NCBI GenBank assembly: GCA_963792415.1
Contig: CAWBVY010000008.1
Coordinates: 1 to 64,000, forward strand
DNA: 64,000 nt
Direction: 5' to 3'
DNA from: Candidatus Deferrimicrobiaceae bacterium
Lineage (GTDB): Bacteria; Desulfobacterota; Deferrimicrobia; Deferrimicrobiales; Deferrimicrobiaceae
Part shown: positions 27,217 to 37,895 of the stretch, piece by piece
Layout of the letters: every line of letters begins with the position of its first letter
How positions within the stretch are numbered: position 1 is the stretch's first letter
Translations under genes and position numbers: made by a program
The notes under the pieces: generated by a model
Seen by the model: the letters and a program-made list of their open reading frames with translations, nothing else
The model's database searches: none
Told to the model about the DNA's origin: nothing

Positions 27217-29571
27217 ATGCGTTCGATACTTATTGCCATCGCGATGGCACTATCGCTCCTTTCCGGCTGCGCGACAATGCCGCTTCCGCCGGTTGCCGTA
27301 AAAATTCCGACACGGCCGATCCATTACCTCTCGGAAGTGAAGCCCCTGCTGGAGAAACGGTGCACGGTCTGCCACTCGTGCTACAACTCCCCCTGCCAGC
27401 TCAAGCTGGACTCGTATGAAGGGGCCGACAGGGGAGCCACGAAGAAAGCCGTCTATAACGCCTCCCGCCTGAAGACGATGGATCCCACCCGTCTGTTCAC
27501 CGACGCGAAGAACACCGCGGAGTGGCGGGAAAAAGGCTTTTTCAGCGTGACACAAAGTTCGGTCAGCGACGGTTTCAACGACTCGATGATGCTTCAACTC
27601 CTGGATCACAAGAGGAGGAATCCCAGGAGCTCCGGCAATTATTACCCCGAGGCGGACGACCTGACCTGTTCGAAGGATGGAAGCGAACTCGCGGCATACC
27701 TTGAAAAGCATCCGAACAACGGGATGCCGTTCGGCTTCCCCCCGCTGAAGCAGGAGGAATTCGAGCTCGTCGCCGGGTGGCTGTACCAGGGTGCGAAGGG
27801 ACCGACTCCCGCGGAGCAGAGCGTCCTGGAGGCCTCGAAGCCGGAAGATGCCGCGGAAATCCGGAAGTGGGAGACGTTCTTCAACCAGGGCGATCCCAAG
27901 CACGCGATGACCGCCCGCTACATCTACGAGCATCTCTTCCTTGCGCACATAAAATTCGGCACACCCACGAACGAATTCTTCGAGCTTGTCCGCTCCAGGA
28001 CACCACCCGGGACGCCGATCGACCTCGTGGCGTCCGTCCGTCCGTATGACGACCCCGGTGTCCCCGTGGTCTATTACCGCTTCCGGAAGATTTACTCGAC
28101 GATCGTGCAGAAGACGCACATGGTCTACGAGCTCGACGATGCCAGGATGCGCCGCTTCGAGGAGCTTTTCATCGAGCCGGAGTGGCTTCAGGAGCCCCAC
28201 GTCGTGGGATTCGATCCCAAGACCAGCGCCAATCCGTTCAAGGCGTTCGAACAGATCCCTCCGCGTTCAAGGTACATGTTCATGCTGGACAGCGCCCATT
28301 ACATCCTCATGACCTTCATCCACGGCCCCGTCTGCAAGGGCCAGATCGCCCTGAATGTCATCGACGACCACTTCTGGGTCATGTTCCTGGACCCGGACCA
28401 CGACCTTTCCGTGCGCTATCCCGGCTTCCTGAAGCTTCACGGCGACAGGCTCGCCATGCCGATCGCGATGGGGAGCGACCCGGGGCTCTTCTCCGCCCTG
28501 ACGGACGAGCACAAGAAGCTCGCGATCGAGTATTACAAGGCCCGGCAGGATACCTACGCGGCGTTGAATTACGGGGGGCTCGGCTACAACGCGATCTGGA
28601 AGGGGAACCGTGCGTCCGATGCGCCGCTTCTGACGGTCTACCGCCATTTCGACAGCGCTTCCGTGCACAAGGGGGCGCTGGGGAATCTCCCCAGGACCCT
28701 CTGGGTGATCGATTACCCGCTCCTGGAACGGGTTTACTATGCGCTCGTCGCCGGGTTCGACGTCTACGGAACGGTCGGCCACCAGTTGGTCGTCAGGCTC
28801 TACATGGACAGGCTCCGGATCGAGGGGGAAAGCTATTTCCTCGATTTTCTCCCCCCGGAGAAGCGGAAAGAGATCATGCAGTCGTGGTACCTGGATATGG
28901 ACCTGGAGAAGATGGATTATTACCAGGGCGCGCTGCCGTCGGGAATCCGTTTCGCGACCCCCGACCCCAAGCGCGAGTTCGTCGAACATCTCATTACGAG
29001 CGAGTTCAACAAGGAAACGGCGATCATGTTCGACAAGGTCAACTACATCAAATCCGGCGAGGAGTATCCGGAGATCCCTCCGAAATATGAAACGCGCGAC
29101 GATTACCTGCAGGGGTTTCGGGCCGTTTCACGTCCGGGCACGAAGTTTGTCGCCCTCGTCAACGACCATAACGCCAACCTCGCCTACATGAGGATACGCC
29201 TCGGGAACGGGAAGGATGTCGTTGCCACGCTTGTCGTGAACCGCTGGCACAACAACGTGGCCTTCCTGTTGGGGGAGGACAAACGTCTGAATCCTGCAAA
29301 AGACAACATTGAATTCATTCGGGGAATGATCGGTTCCTACCCGAATATGTTTTTCGATGTCCACCAGGACGATATCCCGGATTTTATCGACCTGATGGAA
29401 TCCTTCGACGCCAGCGAAGGAAACAGGGCAAGACTGGCAAGATACGCGATCAACCGTTCGGATGACAGATTCTGGGAAACCTACGACTGGTTTCAGAAAA
29501 GGTTCGACGAGGATGAACCCGTCAGAGGGGGACTGCTTGACCTGAACCGGTACTATCATAAAGCAAACTGA
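27217..29571 (+). CDS. cti: Fatty acid cis/trans isomerase (heme c, lipoprotein signal)
   Basis: CTVCHSCYNSPCQLKL heme motif, RYIYEHLFLAH, FIHGPVCKGQIALNVI, RHFDSASV, GLLDLNRY. Confidence 0.93.
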   Translation: MRSILIAIAMALSLLSGCATMPLPPVAVKIPTRPIHYLSEVKPLLEKRCTVCHSCYNSPCQLKLDSYEGADRGATKKAVYNASRLKTMDPTRLFTDAKNTAEWREKGFFSVTQSSVSDGFNDSMMLQLLDHKRRNPRSSGNYYPEADDLTCSKDGSELAAYLEKHPNNGMPFGFPPLKQEEFELVAGWLYQGAKGPTPAEQSVLEASKPEDAAEIRKWETFFNQGDPKHAMTARYIYEHLFLAHIKFGTPTNEFFELVRSRTPPGTPIDLVASVRPYDDPGVPVVYYRFRKIYSTIVQKTHMVYELDDARMRRFEELFIEPEWLQEPHVVGFDPKTSANPFKAFEQIPPRSRYMFMLDSAHYILMTFIHGPVCKGQIALNVIDDHFWVMFLDPDHDLSVRYPGFLKLHGDRLAMPIAMGSDPGLFSALTDEHKKLAIEYYKARQDTYAALNYGGLGYNAIWKGNRASDAPLLTVYRHFDSASVHKGALGNLPRTLWVIDYPLLERVYYALVAGFDVYGTVGHQLVVRLYMDRLRIEGESYFLDFLPPEKRKEIMQSWYLDMDLEKMDYYQGALPSGIRFATPDPKREFVEHLITSEFNKETAIMFDKVNYIKSGEEYPEIPPKYETRDDYLQGFRAVSRPGTKFVALVNDHNANLAYMRIRLGNGKDVVATLVVNRWHNNVAFLLGEDKRLNPAKDNIEFIRGMIGSYPNMFFDVHQDDIPDFIDLMESFDASEGNRARLARYAINRSDDRFWETYDWFQKRFDEDEPVRGGLLDLNRYYHKAN

Positions 29572-29645
29572 GAAACGGGCGAGGTTGTCGACGACTCGAC
29601 GATGAAGAACGTGCCGTCGAGGAAAAACAGCAGGGAGGTGTTGTT

Positions 29646-30048
29646 ATGGGGAAGATTCGGAGAACCGCGTGGTTTTTCGCCCTGACCATCGTGATGGCGG
29701 GGTGGATGGGTGTGCTCGGGTCCTTCCGGGGAGTGGCCGAGGCGAGCGTGATCGCCTCCCACGGCGGAGTGGGTGATCTCCGTGCGGCGGATCTCACCAG
29801 GGTGCAGACCGTACTGGAGCAGAAGGTCGTCATGCAGAAACTTCTGGATTACGGTGTTTCCTCCGAGGAGGCGATGGCCAAGATCCGGTCGATGAGCGAC
29901 AGCGACCTGCACCGGCTCGCGTCCCTGTCCGACCGGGTGGCCGCGGGGGCGGACAGCGGGGTCGGTATCCTCGATCGGGCTGGCGATCCTGGTGATTCTG
30001 ATCATCGTCATCCTGAAACTCATGAACAAACAAGTCGTTGTCAAATGA
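29646..30048 (+). CDS. PA2779-family protein (frameshift near 29975)
   Basis: Signal peptide, then V..KLLDYGVS.EEA..I.SMSD.DL..LA...D...AG. The hydrophobic tail is in the shifted frame. Confidence 0.75.
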
Positions 30049-30102
30049 ACGGGGAGCGGTACCGCTGAAGGGGAACCAGGCGACGGCCCTGCGCCCGGGG
30101 GT

Positions 30103-30744
30103 TTAACCGTTTATTGAGAGTTCCTTCCACGGGAACCGGTCCGTGGCCGTGTTCTCGTACACGCGGCCGACCGTATCCTGGCGGCGAACGGAATCGGCGA
30201 TGGCCCCCGCCAGATCCACCAGGTACTCCACGGAGACCCGCGGCGTATCGTCGCGAAGATCGTACCAGGCCGCGGGCCGGAACACGGTCCACGCGCGATC
30301 CGACCCCCGCACCAGCGCTTCCGCCCTCCCCCTGGCGTCGAGGTACGGATCCGGATCCCCGGGGTGTGCTCCCGCGACGCCGACGAAAATCAGCCGACGG
30401 ATTCCCCAGACCGAAGCGGCGTGGAGGACGTTGGCCGCCGCGTGCACGTTCGCCTCCTCGAAGGTGATCCCCCGTCGAGGAGGCTCCTTCCACACCTCCG
30501 CGAGGTGCACGATCGCGGAGGTCCCCTGTGCGCCCATCTCCACCGACTCGCGGACCGTCAACTCCCCCGGGGTCACGCGGCACCTCTCGCGGACATCCGG
30601 TGCGATCCTCCCCTCGGACCCCGGGGCTGCGAGGAGGCGCGGCAGAAAGCCTTTCCCGATCAGCGACGGGCAGACGTACCGGCCGAGGAGACCGGTGCCC
30701 CCGGTGACCAGGACCTCTTTGTATTGCATGAAGGCGCTGTACAT
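30103..30744 (-). CDS. NAD(P)-binding SDR/epimerase (NDUFA9-like), short
   Basis: VLVTGGTGLLG Rossmann motif and AE..VRGSD..WTVFRP. Confidence 0.75.
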   Translation of the reverse strand: MYSAFMQYKEVLVTGGTGLLGRYVCPSLIGKGFLPRLLAAPGSEGRIAPDVRERCRVTPGELTVRESVEMGAQGTSAIVHLAEVWKEPPRRGITFEEANVHAAANVLHAASVWGIRRLIFVGVAGAHPGDPDPYLDARGRAEALVRGSDRAWTVFRPAAWYDLRDDTPRVSVEYLVDLAGAIADSVRRQDTVGRVYENTATDRFPWKELSING

Positions 30745-30759
30745 GACCGGAGCGCGGGG

Positions 30760-33089
30760 CTACCGCCCGCGCCCACCTCCGCCGCCGCGACCGCCGCCAC
30801 CACCATTCCAGCCGCCACCCCCATACCCGCCGCCACCTCCGTACCCACTGCTCCCGCCCCGGTAGCTGTCGAAGGTTTGCGACCGCTCGGCCCCGCGGGT
30901 TCTGGCCTGGGAATCCCGGTCCAGGGTGGGCGGCGCGGCCCTGCCACCGCCCGCGGAAGGCGTCGCGCCCGACGGCGGACGGGAACCCCCGCCCCGGTTC
31001 CATACGCCCTGTCCCCTCTGCTCCCATCCCTGCGGGGTGTTGCGGTACACGTTACCCCGCGGGTCGGAGTAGACGTTGTTCTCCCGGGTGACGGGTTGGG
31101 CCGACCGTGGGCCGCCGGGTGTGCCCGCCGGCCGGGTCGACGGCGCGACGCGGGATGTGCCCGCCTGCCGCGTCGAGGGACGGGCCGCGGGGGGGACCCG
31201 ATTCACGTTTCCCGGCCGCGCGTAGAGGTTGTCCCGCGTCGCCGAACGCGTCCCCGCGTAGGGGGTCGGACGGGTCCGGTAGAGAGGTCGATACCCGGGA
31301 GGATAACGGCCAGGCGGGTAATATCTCCCGTAGTAGGGAGGCGGCCGGTACCCCGCCGGTCCCCACCATCCATAGCCATACCCATATCCGTAGCCATAGC
31401 CTGGTGCGCCCCAGTAGAAGGAGAAGCCCGGTATGCCGATCCCGACGCCGAAGCCCCAGCTGCCGTAGTACGGGTTGTAGACGGCGTTGAAGCCGTACGT
31501 CACAGGGCGGGGGTAGTAATAGTAGGGGCCGTACCACCCCGGGTAGTAATACCCGGTCCCGTAGACCACGGTCCCGTAGTACGGGTACGCCCACATGTAC
31601 CCCGGCGTGTACCCGACGTAGACTTCCGTCGGGGTCGAATCGTAGATGTAGACGTACTTCACGTTGTAGACCGGGTATTCCGGCGGAATCGCCTGGATCT
31701 CCTTCGGGATCGAGGTTGCCACCGCCCAGGGTCCCTTCGGCGATACGGAGACGTACCACACCGCCTGGTCGCACAGGTAGAAGCGGTCGTCCCTCCAGAG
31801 GACCGACGCGTCGGTGTTCACGGCGTAGTAGAGGGGCGTTCCCTTGATCGGCTCGAACTTCGGCTCACCGTCGTATTTCACGCCGACCTTCGCGTCCTTC
31901 TCCCGTTTGATCGCCGACGTCTGGGGGATGTAGGTGTCGAGGACCGCCTCGTTCGCCGCGTCGGTTCCCGCCACGCTGGCCAGCACGTGTCCCTTGGGGG
32001 AATCGGCCGGGATCTTCCGGAACTCGGGGGGAGCTTGTCCGGCGCCACGAATTCCCACGGTCCGCCGGCAAGGGACGGGGTGGCGAACCATCGGCCCGAG
32101 AGAAGGGCGAAATGTTTCTGCGTGCCGATCGGCAGGAACAGGTCGGTCGCGGTGTTCTCCACGTACAGCAGTTCGTTTCCCGGGATGGAAGCGTACTTCG
32201 GGCCGCCGTCGGTCTGGATGAGCTCGGTGGGCTCCGTGGCCACGACGACCTCCGGGGGCACGGGTTTCTCCTCGCCCTTGGCGGGGGAAGCCTTCTTTTC
32301 GGTCTTTTGCCCGCCCCCTTTCTCCTCGGCCTTGGCCGCCACCGTCGCCTGCAGTTTCCGGACGGAGGCCGGAGGATTGGCACCCGCCTTCCACGTTCCG
32401 GCGGGGTCCGGGGCGCTGTACCAGAACTCCCCGAGGCTCAGATACCATGGCCCCGTGGCGTCCCGCACCACGAAGAACGGCGTGTTCTCCGCCCGTTTCA
32501 GGTTCGTCCCGTCGACCGCGCGGACGCGGGGCTTCCCGTCGTACAGGAGCAGCACGGAGGGATGGGTGCGGAACACGATCTTCGGCGGATCCGTCCGGAA
32601 CCGCTCGACCGCGGTCTGCTCCTTCTTCGCCAGCTCCAGCGCCGGAAGGATCGTGTCGAGGGAGCCGTGGATGTTCCACTTCGGTATCTCTTTTTCGAGC
32701 AACCGGGCGGTCTTCTCGGCATTCTCCGGGTCGGGCTCGGAGAACTTGACGCCGGGCACCTTGATCTTTTCAAGGGTGTAGGTTCGGGAATCCCGGTCGG
32801 TCCGGAGCTTCGCCTCGAACCAGAAGGCCCCGAAGGTCGGATCGCCTCCGGTGGGCGCGAAGGAGATCGCGGCCCTCCCCGTCAGCGTGTCGCCTTCCAG
32901 GGATTCGAGCTGGGGCTGGTAGACCAGGACCTTCCCTTCCTTCGTCAGGATCTCCTGGGGCCAGTCGTTCGCCGCGGCGAATTCCTCCGCCGGCGAGGGA
33001 TGGACGGAAAGGAGGAGGAGCAGCAGGGCGGCCGCGAGGGCCACCGAAAGGATCCTCTCCGGCAGGCGGTTTTGCGGTTCGGTGCGCAT
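30760..33089 (-). CDS. Large exported hypothetical protein with Tyr/Gly/Pro-rich and RGG-rich C-terminus (frameshift near 32030)
   Basis: Signal peptide, WPQE..VYQPQLE, PTELIQTDG.P, YVGYTPGY..VVYGTGYYY, NNVYSDPRGNVYR. Two overlapping ORFs join. Confidence 0.8.
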
Positions 33090-33384
33090 AATGCCTCTCT
33101 CTCCCGACGGAACCTTCACCATATCTCCGGCCTTGAATGCCATATCCATACGATACCGCTCCGTCCCGGGTAGATGCAATCATCGATGTCGAAACTTTGA
33201 TGCTCGTGGGGGGGAGAATATTCATCTGTCCCGTTTGTGAACAATTTTCCGGGAAGGCAAGCCGATTCGCAGCGGAAACCGTATGAAAACAGCGGTTTTT
33301 CATGGTGGATCAAGGTGTTATTATGACGCGGTGTCGACGGGGTGATCCCGCAGCGGGAAGAGCGGACAAGAGGAGGGGGAGAGG

Positions 33385-34236
33385 ATGAGGATGCATGCCC
33401 GTACCGTGAAGGCCGGTCTGGTGTTTATGGCGCTGGTCGCGATCTCCCTTCCGGCGTATGCAGGGGAACCGGCGCCGGCCGACAAGTGGACCTTCGCCGT
33501 GAGGCCGTACCTGTGGGCCCCCGGCATCGGCGGGACGCTGAAATACGACATCCCGCCGAGCGGCGGCGGCGGGGCCACCGTGGACCTCTCGAGCTACATC
33601 CTCCAGAACCTCAACATGGCGTTGATGCTGAGCGCCGAGGCGCGGAAGGGGGAGTGGTCCGTCCTGACGGACGTGGTCTACCTGGACGTCGAATCCGACG
33701 ACAGCAAGGTGAAGTCCGTCAGCTTCACGACCCCCGGGGGCCGGGTCGATGTTTCCGCCGGGGCGGATGTGGGCACCAAGGTCAAGCTCACCGGGTTCGA
33801 GTGGGAATTGGCCGGGGCCTACACCGTTGCGCGCGGCGGGAATTCGTCGCTGGACGTCCTCGCCGGGGTCCGCTACCTGGGGATCGAGTTGAAAACCGAC
33901 TGGCAGCTTTCCGGTTCGATCACGGGGCCCGGGTCGGGCCAGTCCTTCGCCGCTTCGGGGAGCACCTCGGATAGAGTGGACCTCTGGGACGGGATCATCG
34001 GAGTCCGCGGCTATGTGGGCCTGGGTCAAAGCAAGTGGGCCATCCCGTACTACCTCGACGTGGGGACGGGCGACTCGGCCATCACGTCTCAGGCGATGGC
34101 GGGGATCGAGTACCGGTATTCCTGGGGCGAACTGCAGCTGTTGTATCGGTACCTGTATTACGACCTGAAGGGCGACAAACTGCTGCAGAACGTCAGCTTC
34201 AACGGCCCCGCTATCGGCGTGAACTTCCGATTCTGA
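33385..34236 (+). CDS. Outer-membrane beta-barrel protein
   Basis: Signal peptide, W.F..RPYLWAP, alternating strands, C-terminal GVNFRF. Confidence 0.85.
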   Translation: MRMHARTVKAGLVFMALVAISLPAYAGEPAPADKWTFAVRPYLWAPGIGGTLKYDIPPSGGGGATVDLSSYILQNLNMALMLSAEARKGEWSVLTDVVYLDVESDDSKVKSVSFTTPGGRVDVSAGADVGTKVKLTGFEWELAGAYTVARGGNSSLDVLAGVRYLGIELKTDWQLSGSITGPGSGQSFAASGSTSDRVDLWDGIIGVRGYVGLGQSKWAIPYYLDVGTGDSAITSQAMAGIEYRYSWGELQLLYRYLYYDLKGDKLLQNVSFNGPAIGVNFRF

Positions 34237-34494
34237 CAGTCCGGACTACGGGACCGATCTCCTCTGTCCAGCTGCGGAACTCCTTCGTCCGCAGCGATTC
34301 GGCATCATCAAACACCAACAGGAGACGCCGGGACACAACCCGGTTTTGTCTCAGATAGGGGTCGCGCGGGCCTCTGCCTCGATCGTTCCCTTTTCGGCAT
34401 CGTTTGTTTCCGATTCTACCGTATTTCCGCATGCGGCAAACCGTCGCGAAAAATACTTCCTTATTATTCCGTTTGATTGCTATTCTGGCCGAAA

Positions 34495-36060
34495 ATGGGA
34501 AAAGGATCCTTCACGATGGTTGTTGCGGTTCTGGCGGCGCTGACGTTCGTCAACGGCTGCGCCACCTTGCCGAAGAACGTGAACCGCCCCGAATCGTTCG
34601 CCTACACCGACACGTTGGATACCGAATCCGGCAGGAGGTACGCCGAGGAAACGGCGGCGCATCCCGGAGAGTCCGGATTTTACCTGCTGGCGAAGGGCCT
34701 GGATGCCTTCGTGGCCCGCGCGGTCCTCGCGCATCTGGCCGAACGCAGCATCGACGTGCAGTATTACCTTTACCACGACGATCTCGTCGGCCGTCTGTTC
34801 ACCTGGCAGTTGATACAGGCGGCCGACCGGGGAGTCCGGGTTCGCCTGCTGGTCGACGACATGGATCTCGGCGGAAGGGACCTCGGCGCGGCCGTCCTGG
34901 ACAGCCACCCGAACGTGGAAGTCCGCCTCTTCAATCCCTTCAGCCGGAAGACGGGCAGAATCTCCCAATTCGTGACCCGGATGGGCGAGGTGACCCGCCG
35001 GATGCACAACAAGTCGTTCACGGTCGACAGCCAGGCGACCATCCTGGGCGGCCGCAACATCGGCAACGAATACTTCGAGGCAGATCCGGACCTCGCGTTC
35101 GCGGACCTGGACGTCCTCGCCATCGGGCCGGTCGCACGGGAGGTTTCGACCGCCTTCGACCTGTACTGGAACAGCGAGCTGGCCTATCCCGTATCGGTCC
35201 TGGTCGATGCGCCCCCGACCCCGGAAGAAATCGCGCAAAAGCGTCGGCAGTTGAGCGATTTCGTCGCGACGCAGGAGGATTCGGCCTACCTGCAGGCCCT
35301 GCGGAGCTCCGATCTGGCCGAAAAGCTCCGGAAGAATCAGGTCCGGCTCGTCTGGGGAAACGCCGTCGTCGTCTACGACCGGCCGGAAAAGATCCGCGAC
35401 GACACCGGCAAGAAGGAGTATCGCCTGCTCCCGCAGCTGCTGGCGTACGGGGAGGGGGTTCAAAAAGAGCTGATCATCTTCTCCCCCTATTTCGTGCCCG
35501 GGAAAGAGGGAACGGCCTTTCTGACAGGGCTTGTCGCTCGCGGCGTCCGGGTGCGGATCCTGACAAATTCGCTGGCCTCGAACGACGTGAGCGTCGTGCA
35601 CGCCGGGTATGCCAACTACCGCAAGGCGCTTCTGCGGGGGGGGGTCGAGCTGTACGAGATGAACAGGAAGCTGACCCCGGAACAACGGAAGGAGAAGAAG
35701 GGGGCGGAGGGATCGTCCAAGGCGAGCCTCCACGCCAAATCGTTCGTGTACGACCGCCGGCAGGTCTTCATCGGCTCCCTGAACCTCGATCCCCGGGCGG
35801 TGGAGCACAACACCGAGATCGGCGTCGTGCTGACCTCCCCGGAGATCGCGCAGGGAATGGGGGAATGGTTCGATAACAACATCGGGAAACTGGCGTTTCG
35901 CCTGGAGCTGAAGCGAGGCGAAGACGGGTCTGAGACCCTCCTCTGGCACGGCATCGTCGACGGCAAGCCGGAGACCTTCGACGCGGAGCCGTACACGGGG
36001 TTCTGGAAGCGGCTGGGGATCGGGTTCCTGCGCCTGCTTCCCATCGAGTCGCAACTTTAG
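34495..36060 (+). CDS. Phospholipase D family lipoprotein, cardiolipin synthase ClsC/YmdC-like
   Basis: Two HKD motifs (RMHNKSFTVD, LHAKSFVYD), GGRNIGNEYF, LLPIESQL terminus. Confidence 0.92.
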   Translation: MGKGSFTMVVAVLAALTFVNGCATLPKNVNRPESFAYTDTLDTESGRRYAEETAAHPGESGFYLLAKGLDAFVARAVLAHLAERSIDVQYYLYHDDLVGRLFTWQLIQAADRGVRVRLLVDDMDLGGRDLGAAVLDSHPNVEVRLFNPFSRKTGRISQFVTRMGEVTRRMHNKSFTVDSQATILGGRNIGNEYFEADPDLAFADLDVLAIGPVAREVSTAFDLYWNSELAYPVSVLVDAPPTPEEIAQKRRQLSDFVATQEDSAYLQALRSSDLAEKLRKNQVRLVWGNAVVVYDRPEKIRDDTGKKEYRLLPQLLAYGEGVQKELIIFSPYFVPGKEGTAFLTGLVARGVRVRILTNSLASNDVSVVHAGYANYRKALLRGGVELYEMNRKLTPEQRKEKKGAEGSSKASLHAKSFVYDRRQVFIGSLNLDPRAVEHNTEIGVVLTSPEIAQGMGEWFDNNIGKLAFRLELKRGEDGSETLLWHGIVDGKPETFDAEPYTGFWKRLGIGFLRLLPIESQL

Positions 36061-36225
36061 GGTCGGGCCTGAAATCGCAGGACACACGAAACGACCACGG
36101 ATTCTCCTTCATCGAAATTGATAAGAATCCGAATGTCTGGTATATTTAGGAACACGAATCCTCAAAGGGAAGATGAGAGCCGGAACTCTTCAGAATTACT
36201 CGGGATCACCGACCAGGAGGGGACG

Positions 36226-37809
36226 ATGCGATCACAAGGGAGAAAGGTCAGGGTCCGGTGGTTTACGGGATTGGCGGTGGTCGCCTTGGTGTGCGCCGTC
36301 ATGATTGCCGCCTCGCCGGCGGCCGCGGTGGACAAGAAACCGAACATCCTCGTGATCTGGGGCGACGACATCGGCTGGTTCAACGTCAGCGCCTACAATC
36401 ACGGCATGATGGGGTACAAAACCCCCAACATCGACAGCATCGCCAAGGAAGGAGCGCTGTTCACCGACTGGTACGGCGAGCAGAGTTGTACCGCCGGACG
36501 CTCGGCGTTCATCACGGGGCAGAGCGGCTTCCGCACCGGAAACCTCAAGGTCGGCCTGCCAGGTGCGAAGGAAGGGCTGCAGGCGCGTGACGTCACGCTC
36601 GCCCAGCTGCTCAAGGCGCAGGGATACATGACCGCGCAGTTCGGCAAGAACCACCTGGGTGATGCCGACGAGACTCTGCCGACCATGCACGGCTTCGACG
36701 AGTTCTTCGGCTCGCTCTACCACCTCAACGCGGAGCAGGAGCCGGAAAATCCGGACTACTTCAAGGATCCGGCGTTGCAGAAGAGGTTCGGCACGCGCGG
36801 CGTGATCCATACCTGGGCCAACCCGGACGGGACCCAGAGGATCGAGTCCACCGGTCCGCTCACCATCAAGCGGATGGAGACGATCGACGAGGAAGTCACC
36901 AGGGCCTCGCTCGAATACCTCGAGAAGGCGGCGAAGTCCGGCAAGCCGTTCTTCCTCTGGTGGAACTCCACCCGCATGCACGTCTGGACGCACCTTAAGA
37001 AGGAGAGCCAGGGGGTGACCGGCCTGGGCACCTACCCGGACGGCATGGTGGAGCACGACGGCCACGTCGGCCAGCTGCTCGACAAGCTCAAGGCGCTTGG
37101 CCTCGACGAGAACACCATCGTCATGTATTCCAGCGACAACGGCGCGGAGAAATTCACCTGGCCCGACGGGGGCACGTCGCCCTTCCGCGGCGAGAAGAAC
37201 GAGAACTGGGAAGGCGGCTACCGCGTTCCCACGCTGATCAAGTGGCCCGGCCTCATCAAGCCCGGCACGGTCAGCAACGACATCTTCTCGCACATGGACA
37301 TGCTGCCCACGATCATGGCCGCTGTGGGCGTTCCGGACGTCAAGGAGCAGCTCCTGAAAGGGATGAAGGTCGGCGACAAGACCTTCAAGGTGCACCTCGA
37401 CGGGTACGACGTGACCGACGCCTTTGCGGGAAAAGGCCCGAATCCGCGCCACGAGTTCTTCTATTTCAACGACGACGGCTCGCTGGTGGCGCTGCGTTTC
37501 AACCAGTGGAAGCTCGTGTTCCAGGAGCAGCGCGCGCACGGCTTCGATGTCTGGCAGGAGCCGTTCGTGGCGCTGCGCGTGCCCAAGCTCTTCAACCTCC
37601 GGACCGACCCGTTCGAGGAGGCCGACCACATCGCCATGGACTACGGCCACTGGCGGTTTGACCGCATCTTCCTGCTCGTGCCGGCGCAGCAGTACGTCGG
37701 GAAATTCCTCGCCACCTTCAAGGAATTCCCTCCGAGCCAGAAAGTCGGCAGCTTCAGCCTCGACCAGGTGATGCAACAGCTCACGGCTCCGGCGAAGGGC
37801 AGCAACTGA
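36226..37809 (+). CDS. Exported Cys-type arylsulfatase
   Basis: KPNILVIWGDDIG, SCTAGRSAFITG (CxAxR formylglycine motif), GKNHLG, SDNG. Confidence 0.93.
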   Translation: MRSQGRKVRVRWFTGLAVVALVCAVMIAASPAAAVDKKPNILVIWGDDIGWFNVSAYNHGMMGYKTPNIDSIAKEGALFTDWYGEQSCTAGRSAFITGQSGFRTGNLKVGLPGAKEGLQARDVTLAQLLKAQGYMTAQFGKNHLGDADETLPTMHGFDEFFGSLYHLNAEQEPENPDYFKDPALQKRFGTRGVIHTWANPDGTQRIESTGPLTIKRMETIDEEVTRASLEYLEKAAKSGKPFFLWWNSTRMHVWTHLKKESQGVTGLGTYPDGMVEHDGHVGQLLDKLKALGLDENTIVMYSSDNGAEKFTWPDGGTSPFRGEKNENWEGGYRVPTLIKWPGLIKPGTVSNDIFSHMDMLPTIMAAVGVPDVKEQLLKGMKVGDKTFKVHLDGYDVTDAFAGKGPNPRHEFFYFNDDGSLVALRFNQWKLVFQEQRAHGFDVWQEPFVALRVPKLFNLRTDPFEEADHIAMDYGHWRFDRIFLLVPAQQYVGKFLATFKEFPPSQKVGSFSLDQVMQQLTAPAKGSN

Positions 37810-37839
37810 CACGGCACACGGAAACATCGGGCCAACCTG

Positions 37840-37870
37840 GGGCCGCACCCGTTCCAAGCGGGTGCGGCCC
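37840..37870 (+). terminator. Intergenic hairpin (terminator or mRNA stabiliser)
   Basis: GGGCCGCACCCG-ttccaag-CGGGTGCGGCCC. Confidence 0.6.
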
Positions 37871-37895
37871 TGCTTTCTGCGGAAGGATCATCCGT

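Noticed and set aside
34240-34360. Minus-strand peptide LLLVFDDAE resembling a Walker B motif
   Set aside because: No Walker A motif or extended ORF accompanies it, so it is probably chance.
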